Source: a virus (lineage: Duplodnaviria; Heunggongvirae; Uroviricota; Caudoviricetes). Taken from it: 64,000 bases of DNA. Positions 54,609 to 62,838 of the stretch are shown piece after piece. Position 1 is the stretch's first letter. Every line of letters begins with the position of its first letter. A program made the translations under genes and the position numbers. The notes below the pieces were generated by a model. The model was not told the origin of the DNA, made no database searches, and was given only the letters and a program-made list of their open reading frames with translations. The DNA lies in the IMG/VR virus record IMGVR_UViG_3300020576_001727, positions 39,062-103,061 of that record, one strand, 5' to 3'.

Positions 54609-56056
54609 CTAAATTTAACGAAACATTTATTAAAATAGATTGCTCTGACGGCGTAGCTAAAGAATTATATGACATATTTTCTTTCTATGTTCCAAATTAT
54701 CAACATATGCCTAGATTTAAGGCTAGAGTCTTTGACGGCAAAATTCGTCTTTTTGACGCTCGTAAGCGATTGATTTATAAGGGTTTATACGGACGTATTT
54801 TGGAATTTGCCAAAAACTCTGGATATAAGGTCGAATCCGGATGGAAGCCTTATGACAATTCCTTAACTCGCGAAGAAACCATCGAAATTTTCAAGCGCGT
54901 CAACGGCAAGTTCGAACCCAAGGATCATCAGATTGATTTTCTCCATAACTGCTTGAAATATCAGAACTGTTTGGTTCTTTCTCCTACGTCCAGCGGAAAA
55001 TCCTTTGCTATCTATAACCTGATCAGAACCATCAAGAAAACGGGCAAGGGATTGCTGGTTGTGCCGTCGATCAATCTGGTTGGACAGATGTTCAAGGACT
55101 TTGCCGAATACTCGGAAAAAAATGGTTGGGTAGTGTCCGACAATTGCCATCTGATTTACGAAGGGCAGGAGAAGCATTCTCCCAAGCCCATATACATTTC
55201 CACATGGCAATCGCTTCAAACTCTTGGACCGAAATATTTCGCTCAATTCGATTATGTCATTGTGGACGAAGCCCACGGTGCGAAAGCTACTGAATTAAAG
55301 CGCATTATGGAACGTTGTGTCAACGCCAAATTTCGGATTGGCACAACCGGAACTCTGGACGGAATGGAGACGAACGAACTTGTCATTCAAGGTTTGTTTG
55401 GAAATATCGTTCAGGTCATATCGACTTCGGAAATGATCAAAAAAGGTGACGCCTCCCAACTAGCAATTAATTGCATGATTTTGAATCATACGAACAAGAA
55501 AGAAAACGAAAGAATTCTAGGACTTGACTATTCGAATCAGTTGGGTTATCTTGTTGATTGCGAACCTAGAAACAGGTTTATTCGAAAGATCGTAGCAGGA
55601 GAGAAAGGCAACAGACTAGTTCTTTTCCAATATGTCGAGAAACATGGAATTCCATTATTCAAGGCATTCAAAGCAGAGTATCCGGACAAGGAAGTTTACT
55701 TCATTAGTGGTGGTATTCCTGTCAAGGAAAGAGAACGAATTCGAGAAAGACTGTCCCAAACGGATGATGCTGTTCTATTCGCATCATACGGAACATATTC
55801 AACCGGAATGAACGTTCCAAGCTTGAAGCATGTCTTTTCGACATTGCCGGGAAAGTCGAGAGTGAGAGTCCTTCAAACAATTGGACGAGTCTTGCGTCTG
55901 TATGAAGGAAAGCTTTTGGCTATGTTTTGGGATTTCGCAGACGAAATGCGGGTTGGGAAGAGAACCAATCTGTCATATAAACACTTTGAGGAACGCCTTG
56001 AAATTTACATGAAAGAAAGCTTCAGGGTCAAACAATACAGGATCGATATCACATGA
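54587..56056 (+). CDS. uvsW: DNA helicase
   Basis: SPTSSGKS, VIVDEAH, GTTGT, STGMN.P.L, LQTIGR.LR. Confidence 0.95.
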   Translation: MSEIIKLTKFNETFIKIDCSDGVAKELYDIFSFYVPNYQHMPRFKARVFDGKIRLFDARKRLIYKGLYGRILEFAKNSGYKVESGWKPYDNSLTREETIEIFKRVNGKFEPKDHQIDFLHNCLKYQNCLVLSPTSSGKSFAIYNLIRTIKKTGKGLLVVPSINLVGQMFKDFAEYSEKNGWVVSDNCHLIYEGQEKHSPKPIYISTWQSLQTLGPKYFAQFDYVIVDEAHGAKATELKRIMERCVNAKFRIGTTGTLDGMETNELVIQGLFGNIVQVISTSEMIKKGDASQLAINCMILNHTNKKENERILGLDYSNQLGYLVDCEPRNRFIRKIVAGEKGNRLVLFQYVEKHGIPLFKAFKAEYPDKEVYFISGGIPVKERERIRERLSQTDDAVLFASYGTYSTGMNVPSLKHVFSTLPGKSRVRVLQTIGRVLRLYEGKLLAMFWDFADEMRVGKRTNLSYKHFEERLEIYMKESFRVKQYRIDIT

Positions 56057-56559
56057 ATGATGTTAAAACCGATTTTCAGTCTAACACCGATCTTCTTTGC
56101 TATATCAAGTTGAAAAATGGGCAAGAAATTCTAGCTGAAGTTTCCGAGAATGAGATACATACCAAGAATGATATTAAGCGGGAACTGACATTCTATAGAC
56201 CTTTGGTTATCCAGATTCAGTTTGATGGTTCTTCAATGCCAAGGATTATGACATTCCCGTTTATCAGTCCATTTATTACGGATGAAGAGAGTTGCACATT
56301 TCCCAAGGATTATGTCCTGTTTTTGACGAATAAAGTCAATGACATGATGAAGGAAATGTATTTCAAAAATTGGGAACAATTGATGGATGAAGCCTATGTC
56401 GAGGATGAAGCGCCAGAAGTTGACGAAGAAGGCAATCCATTAATGACGGATGAACAGATGGAATCCCTTCCTGCCACGGAAGAAATCAAAAAGGAAGAGA
56501 CGAAAAAGGAGTCCATTCCGACGAAGGTTTACGAAGGAAAGAAACGAACAATCCAGTAA
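56053..56559 (+). CDS. Hypothetical protein following uvsW
   Basis: IKLKNGQEILAEV N-terminus and an acidic tail. Confidence 0.7.
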   Translation: MNDVKTDFQSNTDLLCYIKLKNGQEILAEVSENEIHTKNDIKRELTFYRPLVIQIQFDGSSMPRIMTFPFISPFITDEESCTFPKDYVLFLTNKVNDMMKEMYFKNWEQLMDEAYVEDEAPEVDEEGNPLMTDEQMESLPATEEIKKEETKKESIPTKVYEGKKRTIQ

Positions 56560-56569
56560 GTGATATTAT

Positions 56570-57022
56570 ATGCAAAAAGAAGCAATCCAGTTTGTATTAA
56601 CACAATTTTCAGATTATTTAAACATACCATATAATGGTGATTGGCAATCTTTATGGAAAGAGATTTCATATGAGTATGAAATTGATGAAACAGTTGATTG
56701 TGACGAAAAGTTATGTCAACTTTTGATTAACGAATCGTTCTTTGGAAGAAAATTGTTTCCTTCTTTGCCAGAAGGCGTTTCTGAACAAGAACTCCATGCA
56801 TTTTATTCATCTGTTGAATGGAAAAAGTTAAGAAAAGAGACATTAGAATATTATGGCAATAGATGTCATCGATGCAATTCTACCGACGATGTTGCTGTTG
56901 ATCATATCAAATCCTTAAGACGATTCTGGAATTTAAGATTGGAAAAAGATAATCTACAGTTATTGTGTAAGAAATGTAATCAACATAAAGGTTCAATATT
57001 TATTGTCGATTACAGAACTTAA
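56570..57022 (+). CDS. HNH endonuclease
   Basis: FYSSVEWKKLR...CHRC...VDHIK...NLQLLCKKCN..KG. Confidence 0.9.
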   Translation: MQKEAIQFVLTQFSDYLNIPYNGDWQSLWKEISYEYEIDETVDCDEKLCQLLINESFFGRKLFPSLPEGVSEQELHAFYSSVEWKKLRKETLEYYGNRCHRCNSTDDVAVDHIKSLRRFWNLRLEKDNLQLLCKKCNQHKGSIFIVDYRT

Positions 57023-57051
57023 CTAATCGAACTCACATTCGTTCGTTCGAT

Positions 57052-57078
57052 GCTTGCATTCGCAAGCTGTTGTTTTTT
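57052..57078 (+). terminator. Putative intrinsic terminator
   Basis: GCTTGC-ATTC-GCAAGC followed by TGTTGTTTTTT. Confidence 0.55.
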
Positions 57079-57158
57079 CTTGACTCTTGACTCTTTTTCG
57101 TTTAACGTATGTCCAATGACTCGGATTCTACAGTTAGCTTGTAAGGGTTCTGGGTTCT

Positions 57159-57187
57159 ATTATACAAAAAACATAAAATCCTGTCAA
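57159..57187 (-). promoter_or_regulatory. Perfect-consensus sigma70 promoter with no downstream ORF
   Basis: TTGACA (57187-57182), N17, TATAAT (57164-57159) on the minus strand. Confidence 0.85.
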
Positions 57188-57291
57188 GACATATTTTTCT
57201 AAAGATACAGGATGAAGTGAAATAAATTTCTAATGTAATGAAGTGATGTAGAAAAGTATTTCTGATGGGGTCTAACCCATTGGAAACATTA

Positions 57292-57879
57292 ATGAACGAT
57301 AAGAAACCCTCCAAGCATTACGTTGACAACAAGCGATTCCTCGCGTGTATCATCGAATATAAACAAAAATTGAAGAATGCGAGAGAAGCGGGTAAACCAG
57401 ACCCAATCATACCCGATTATGCCGGGGAATGCATCCTTAAAATCGCTGAAAATCTCGCCAATCGCCACTACAGTTTTTCCCGGTATTCGTATCGTGACGA
57501 AATGATATCGGACGGAATCGAAAACTGTATCAAGTATTTTGATCGATTTGACGAAACAAAATACTCCAATCCTCATACCTATTTTACCACGATTTGCTGG
57601 CAAGCGAACGTCCAGCGCATCAATGAGGAAAAGAAAAACAAATACATCATGTATAAGAGCTTCGAACGTGAAATGATTCACTCTTCGAACAGCGAAAGAT
57701 TCATGCAGGAAAATTCGGGCTTGATTGATCCGGAAATGTATGATAACATTGCTGAATATATCGAAAGCTATGAGAAAAAAGAAGCCGAAAAGAAGGAAAA
57801 ACGGGCTTCCAAAATAAAAGAAAAAAAAGTCAAGGACAGTCTTGAACTGTTTTTTGGTGGAGATAACGAAAATGAATAA
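57292..57879 (+). CDS. gp55: Late-transcription sigma factor
   Basis: HYVDNKRFL, Y.GECILKIAENLA....FS.YSYRDEMISDGIENC.KY...FD....NP..YFT.I. Confidence 0.95.
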   Translation: MNDKKPSKHYVDNKRFLACIIEYKQKLKNAREAGKPDPIIPDYAGECILKIAENLANRHYSFSRYSYRDEMISDGIENCIKYFDRFDETKYSNPHTYFTTICWQANVQRINEEKKNKYIMYKSFEREMIHSSNSERFMQENSGLIDPEMYDNIAEYIESYEKKEAEKKEKRASKIKEKKVKDSLELFFGGDNENE

Positions 57880-58045
57880 CGAACACCTAATTCCTCCTAT
57901 TGTCATGGATTTGATTGAGAAATATCAGAAGCTTGAAAAGAAAGATTCTGAACGAATGAACTTGGAAGCCCGTTTGTTGGCTATCCAATCCAAACTAGAG
58001 AAAGTTTTGCCTCGTGACAGATATAAAAAATCTTCAATACAATGA
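57872..58045 (+). CDS. Small protein following gp55
   Basis: HLIPPIV.D....R..LEARL..I pattern. Confidence 0.65.
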   Translation: MNNEHLIPPIVMDLIEKYQKLEKKDSERMNLEARLLAIQSKLEKVLPRDRYKKSSIQ

Positions 58046-58262
58046 TCTTGGTATATGGAATGAATGCGAGGAAAGAGCATCTTGGTTGTTGAAAAGCAAC
58101 GGTGGTAAAGTTGTATTCAAACTTACCGAATATACCGATGTCGAATCTCTGACTCGTATTATCTATCAGAGAGAAGTTGCTTTACGTGAATCTAATGAAA
58201 AAAGCTTGTTTGAACGCCAGAATGTGATACCGAATAAGGAACTGCCGATTGATGAAACGTGA
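58014..58262 (+). CDS. Hypothetical protein
   Basis: 82 aa, overlapping both neighbours. Confidence 0.5.
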   Translation: MTDIKNLQYNDLGIWNECEERASWLLKSNGGKVVFKLTEYTDVESLTRIIYQREVALRESNEKSLFERQNVIPNKELPIDET

Positions 58263-59058
58263 ATTTAAGTCAGGAACGATGTATCTTGGTGATAATCGAG
58301 AAATAATGAAATCCCTTGAAAATGAAAGCGTTGATTTGGTGGTGACTTCGCCGCCATATGATAATTTGCGCACATATAATGATTCCTTAGAATGGTCTTT
58401 TGATGTTTTCAAGACGGTTGCCAAGGAACTTGCTCGTTTGATCAAACAAGGTGGTGTTATTGTCTGGAATGTAAATGATGCGACTATCAATGGTTCCGAG
58501 ACAGGTTCTTCATTTCGTCAAGCCTTGTATTTCAAGGACGAATTGGGTTTGAATTTGCATGATACGATGATCTGGCATAAACCAATGGTGCCGATGAATC
58601 ATAATCGATATGAACAAAACTTTGAATATATGTTTGTCTTAAGTAAAGGAAAACCTAATAATTTCAATGGATTGATGAAAAAAAGTCGTTATGCTGGCAA
58701 GAGAATATCTAAAAATACTCATAGACAATCCAATGGTAAAATGAAAATGATGACTGGCGGAACTACGGCAGAATATTCTTTGAAAACAAATGTATGGGAT
58801 ATTTCGCCCGATTTTGTGACTAATATTGGTCATCCTGCCATTTTTCCCGTTCAAATTCCACAAGATCATATCATGACATGGATCAATGAAGGTGATATTG
58901 TTCTCGATCCTTTCATGGGTTCCGGAACAACGGCAATCGCAGCAATCAACACTGACAGAAAATGGATTGGTATTGAGAAAGAACAAGAATATTATGATAA
59001 GGCTTGCGAACGTATTCGCTGTCATGCATTAAACCAATCTGTTGTAAAATTTGGATAA
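58249..59058 (+). CDS. Solitary amino-DNA methyltransferase (N4-C or N6-A, beta class)
   Basis: Catalytic VTSPPY precedes HPAIFP and the SAM-binding LDPFMGSGTT. Confidence 0.92.
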   Translation: MMKREFKSGTMYLGDNREIMKSLENESVDLVVTSPPYDNLRTYNDSLEWSFDVFKTVAKELARLIKQGGVIVWNVNDATINGSETGSSFRQALYFKDELGLNLHDTMIWHKPMVPMNHNRYEQNFEYMFVLSKGKPNNFNGLMKKSRYAGKRISKNTHRQSNGKMKMMTGGTTAEYSLKTNVWDISPDFVTNIGHPAIFPVQIPQDHIMTWINEGDIVLDPFMGSGTTAIAAINTDRKWIGIEKEQEYYDKACERIRCHALNQSVVKFG

Positions 59059-59059
59059 A

Positions 59060-59109
59060 CATAAATATCATTGCGCATACCAAAATGACTAAGGAACGCA
59101 ATGATATTT
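59060..59109 (+). promoter_or_regulatory. Late promoter overlapping a 13-bp hairpin that buries the HNH start codon
   Basis: CATAAATA (59060-59067). AAATATCATTGCG (59063-59075) is the exact complement of CGCAATGATATTT (59097-59109). The AAGGA SD lies in the loop. Confidence 0.85.
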
Positions 59110-59814
59110 TTAGAAAACAAATATACCAATTGGTATTATCGAATAATAACAAATGCAAAAGAAAAACCTAGACAAGGAGGCGAAATTCATCATATAATAC
59201 CTAAATCATTAGGTGGTAAAAATAATAGTGAAAATCTGGTTCGTCTCTCTCATAGAGAACATTTTATTTGTCATCTTTTGTTGACTAGAATGACGGAAGG
59301 ACAGAGTCGTCATAAAATGTGTTGGGCTTTGCATCGATTGACTTTTTCTCGCAAAATCCTTTCTAGTCATGAATATGAGATTGTTAGGAAAATTCATGTC
59401 CAAAATGTTTCTGGAAACAATCATATTTCGGTCAAAAATCCAAATTGGATTGAACAGACACGTCAGAGAGTTTTGAACGATTGGAAAGACAATGAAGAGA
59501 GACGATTAAAAACATCGGAGAGAACTTCGTTCTTGTGGCAAGAAAAAAGAGAAATAATGCTTTCGATTGCTCGAAAAAACTTTATAGAAGCTTCTAAAGC
59601 ATCAGCCAATAGTCGTAGAGGTAAACCACGTCCTACTCACTGGAAAAGTTTGGCAGGAGAAAATAATCCTCAATTTGGTAAACCATCAAAAGGTGCCATG
59701 ATCATGAAATCGACCAAGGCAACTTGTCAATATTGCAAATTAACCACAACCATAGGCAACATCAAACGTTGGCATGGTGAAAACTGTAAAAGAAAGGAGG
59801 TATCAGAAGAATGA
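59101..59814 (+). CDS. HNH homing endonuclease (Mob-like)
   Basis: KY..WY..II..A...EIHHIIPKSLGG.N...NLV.L..REHFICH.LL, NPQFGK, C-terminal CQYC...RWHGENCK. Confidence 0.9.
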   Translation: MIFLENKYTNWYYRIITNAKEKPRQGGEIHHIIPKSLGGKNNSENLVRLSHREHFICHLLLTRMTEGQSRHKMCWALHRLTFSRKILSSHEYEIVRKIHVQNVSGNNHISVKNPNWIEQTRQRVLNDWKDNEERRLKTSERTSFLWQEKREIMLSIARKNFIEASKASANSRRGKPRPTHWKSLAGENNPQFGKPSKGAMIMKSTKATCQYCKLTTTIGNIKRWHGENCKRKEVSEE

Positions 59815-60906
59815 CTAAAGTTATGGTTATCCCTGATTTGCACTTTCGGCGTTCGTAATGACTTCAAAGCTTTTTTCCATCACCAAGAAAAATTCAACAA
59901 AGATATCTTTGAAATTATTCGCAAATTCGATATCAAGCACGTCTTCCATACAGGAGACTTGTTTGATCGCCGTAAGTATGTGAACTTTGCGACACTTCAA
60001 AAGACCAAGGAAATTTTTCTTGATCCGATGGCAGAAATGGTCCGGAATGAGGGAAGACAATTCCATATCATTCCGGGGAATCATGACGTGTATTTTCGCA
60101 ATACGTTAGAAATTAATTCCCTTGAATTGACTTTGAAGGAATATCCTTTCAATCTCTATATGCAGCCAACCGAAGTGATTGTCGGCAATAATGCTGTCTT
60201 GATGCTTCCTTGGATTTGTGACGAAAATCAGGAACAAACCATGAAAGCCATTCAGGAAACCAAGGCTCGATACTGCTTTGGTCATTTGGAACTGTTTGGC
60301 TTCGAAATGGACAAGGGAAACGTCTCGACTCATGGAGACGATCCGAAAATATTCGAAAAATTCGATATGGTCGTGACTGGTCACTTTCATCATCGCAGCA
60401 AGAGAGACAACATTTATTATATCGGTTCTGCCTATGAATTCACATGGGCGGATTATAACGATACGAAAGGCGTTGTCTCAATCGATCTTGACAAGGAACA
60501 TATTACCTATCATACTAATCACCACAAAATTTTCAAGATGTATGAATATAATGACGAATTGTATCCGACTCAGATCGAACACGAATTAGGTTCTATCCAG
60601 CCTTCGGATTATGAAAATTGTTTCGTCAAAATCAAGGTTTATAAGAAAAATAATCCATACCTGTTTGACAAGATAGTTGAAAAAATTCAGTCTTGCAATC
60701 CTGCCAAGCTGAACATCATCGATGCGTCTTCCATGTTGCTCGAAAATGTCGAGATTGACATGAAAGAAATCGAGGATACTCCAACCCTGATCAGAAGCTA
60801 TGTCGATTCCGTCCCGAATGAGGAAGGACGTATCCAAATCGATTTGGTCAAACAGGAATTGCTTTCTCTGTATCAGGAAGCCATAACACTAGAGAATGTT
60901 GAATGA
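59811..60906 (+). CDS. gp47: Recombination endonuclease (Mre11/SbcD-like), interrupted by a +1 frameshift at about 59844-59847
   Basis: MTKVMVIPDLH is in frame 59811. FGVRND...GDLFDRRK...GNHD...FGHLE...GHFH is in the +1 frame. Confidence 0.85.
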
Positions 60907-62621
60907 TTTTATTCAAGAAAGTCAGATTTAAGAATTTCCTGTCCTATGGTAACGCTTGGACCGAAATCGACCTGTCAGCCAATCATATGACGTTGGTAGT
61001 TGGTGAGAATGGTTCGGGCAAATCGACCATGATGGACGCCATTTGCTTCGCCTTGTTTGGCAAGCCTTTTCGCAAGATCAATAAGCCAACTCTTGTCAAT
61101 TCGATTAACCAGAAAAATTGTCTGGTCGAAATCGAGTTTGAAACCAATGGACAATCTTATAAAATCGCCCGGGGATTGAAGCCGGTTGCGTTCACGATTC
61201 ATGTCAACGGAACTCTTCTGAACAAGGATGCAGCCGTCAAGGATTATCAGGAAGTTCTAGAGAAGCAGATTCTTCGAACCACGTTCAAATCATTTACACA
61301 GATTGTCATCCTTGGGTCTGCGACCTTCACTCCATTCATGAAATTGACTGCCTATGATCGTCGCCAAGTGCTTGACGATCTTCTAGATATTCAGGTTTTT
61401 TCGGTCATGCATATTCTGGCAAAGCAGAAGATGTCGGAACTGAAAACCCAAATCCAGACTTTCTCAATCCAGATGAATTCCGCCAAGGATACTGAAAAGC
61501 TTTTGATTAAGCAAATCAATGACTTGAAGAAAAATTCGAGTGAGATTGAGAAAACCATTATCGAGGATATCCAGAAAAATAACGATTTGAAGAATAATAT
61601 TCTCAAAGACGTGCTTTCTTGGGAAGAAAAATCCAAGGAAATGAAAGACAGTCTTGGTGACGAAAGCAAGTTCCGCTCAATGTCGAACGAGTTGATTCCT
61701 TTGCATACCAAAATCAAAGGGAAGATCGACAGGCTCGAAAAGGAAAATCATTTCTTTGATGAAAATGACGTATGTTCTGTCTGTCACCAAACGATTGATG
61801 AACATTTCAAGAACGATATCACAAACAAGAATAAGACCGAACTTGCCAGTCTCTATGATGGCATGAAGAATATGATTTCAAAAATAACAGAAATCAGAAA
61901 TAAACTTTCCGATTATGATGCAACCAAGCAAAAAATTAACGAGTTGGATACGGCAATCAAGGTCAATAAATCCAAGATGGATTCAATTGAAAAATACGTC
62001 GAAACCAAACAGAAGGAATTGGAATCCTTGGCAAATTCAGGAGAAGATAGCTTGCTCGCCAAGAATCTTCAATACCTACAGGATGCGCGCGAGAAGATCG
62101 CCAACATCGAAAAACAGGTAAAGACTGCTAATCTCTCTAAAGACAATCTCGATATCGTATTGGAATTGTTGAAAGACGGCGGAATCAAAAGTCAGATCAT
62201 TGGAAAATATCTGCCAATCATCAATCAGACGATTAACAAATATCTAACCAGTATGGATTTCATGGTCAATTTTTACTTGGATGAAAATTTCAAGGAAACT
62301 CTGAAATCTCGATATCGTGATGAATTCTCTTATGAAAATTTCTCGGAAGGCGAAAAGGCTCGTATCGATCTTTCCTTGCTTCTGACTTGGCGTCTGATTG
62401 CCAAAATGAGAAATTCGGTCAATACTAACCTATTGATTTTGGACGAAGTTTTTGACGGAAGCTTGGACACAAGCGGTTCGGACGAACTTGTTAGCATTCT
62501 TAAGGAAGTGGTGAAAGGTTGTAATATTTTCGTAATTTCTCACCGTGAGAGTATGCGTGAACAGTTCGATAAAATGATCAAGGTGCGCAAAGAGAAAAAT
62601 TATTCTATTATGGAGGCTTAA
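60903..62621 (+). CDS. gp46: Recombination ATPase (Rad50/SbcC-like)
   Basis: KNFLSYGN, GENGSGKST, CSVC zinc hook, FSEGEKARIDL, LILDE.FD, ISH. Confidence 0.96.
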   Translation: MILFKKVRFKNFLSYGNAWTEIDLSANHMTLVVGENGSGKSTMMDAICFALFGKPFRKINKPTLVNSINQKNCLVEIEFETNGQSYKIARGLKPVAFTIHVNGTLLNKDAAVKDYQEVLEKQILRTTFKSFTQIVILGSATFTPFMKLTAYDRRQVLDDLLDIQVFSVMHILAKQKMSELKTQIQTFSIQMNSAKDTEKLLIKQINDLKKNSSEIEKTIIEDIQKNNDLKNNILKDVLSWEEKSKEMKDSLGDESKFRSMSNELIPLHTKIKGKIDRLEKENHFFDENDVCSVCHQTIDEHFKNDITNKNKTELASLYDGMKNMISKITEIRNKLSDYDATKQKINELDTAIKVNKSKMDSIEKYVETKQKELESLANSGEDSLLAKNLQYLQDAREKIANIEKQVKTANLSKDNLDIVLELLKDGGIKSQIIGKYLPIINQTINKYLTSMDFMVNFYLDENFKETLKSRYRDEFSYENFSEGEKARIDLSLLLTWRLIAKMRNSVNTNLLILDEVFDGSLDTSGSDELVSILKEVVKGCNIFVISHRESMREQFDKMIKVRKEKNYSIMEA

Positions 62622-62788
62622 TGAAGAAATTTGGTTTAGCCAAGCAAATTGGCGAATTCAAGGAATGGATTCGATTATTTAATGATAATCAAAGAGTTAT
62701 GGAGTTTCCGACAGTCGAGGAAGCTGAAATTTTTCGGCAGATGATGGAATATCCTTCCACATATAAGGTCGAAGAAATTCCCTCTTGA
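62621..62788 (+). CDS. Hypothetical protein, 55 aa
   Basis: GGAGG SD, TAATG overlap with gp46. Confidence 0.6.
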   Translation: MKKFGLAKQIGEFKEWIRLFNDNQRVMEFPTVEEAEIFRQMMEYPSTYKVEEIPS

Positions 62789-62813
62789 CGTTTGTTTCTC
62801 AATCGGCTATCTT
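62785..62813 (+). promoter_or_regulatory. Early promoter
   Basis: TTGACG (62785-62790), N17, TATCTT (62808-62813). Confidence 0.7.
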
Positions 62814-62838
62814 GAATCCAGAAACAGGAAATTGATTC

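Noticed and set aside
57102-57314. 70-aa minus-strand ORF in the gp55 spacer
   Set aside because: It starts inside gp55, spans the minus-strand promoter, has no SD and no recognisable motifs.
59101-60906. Stop-codon readthrough fusing HNH to gp47, which share a frame across TGA 59812-59814
   Set aside because: The readthrough product would read LKLWLSLICTFG and lack the essential DxH motif, which lies in the other frame.
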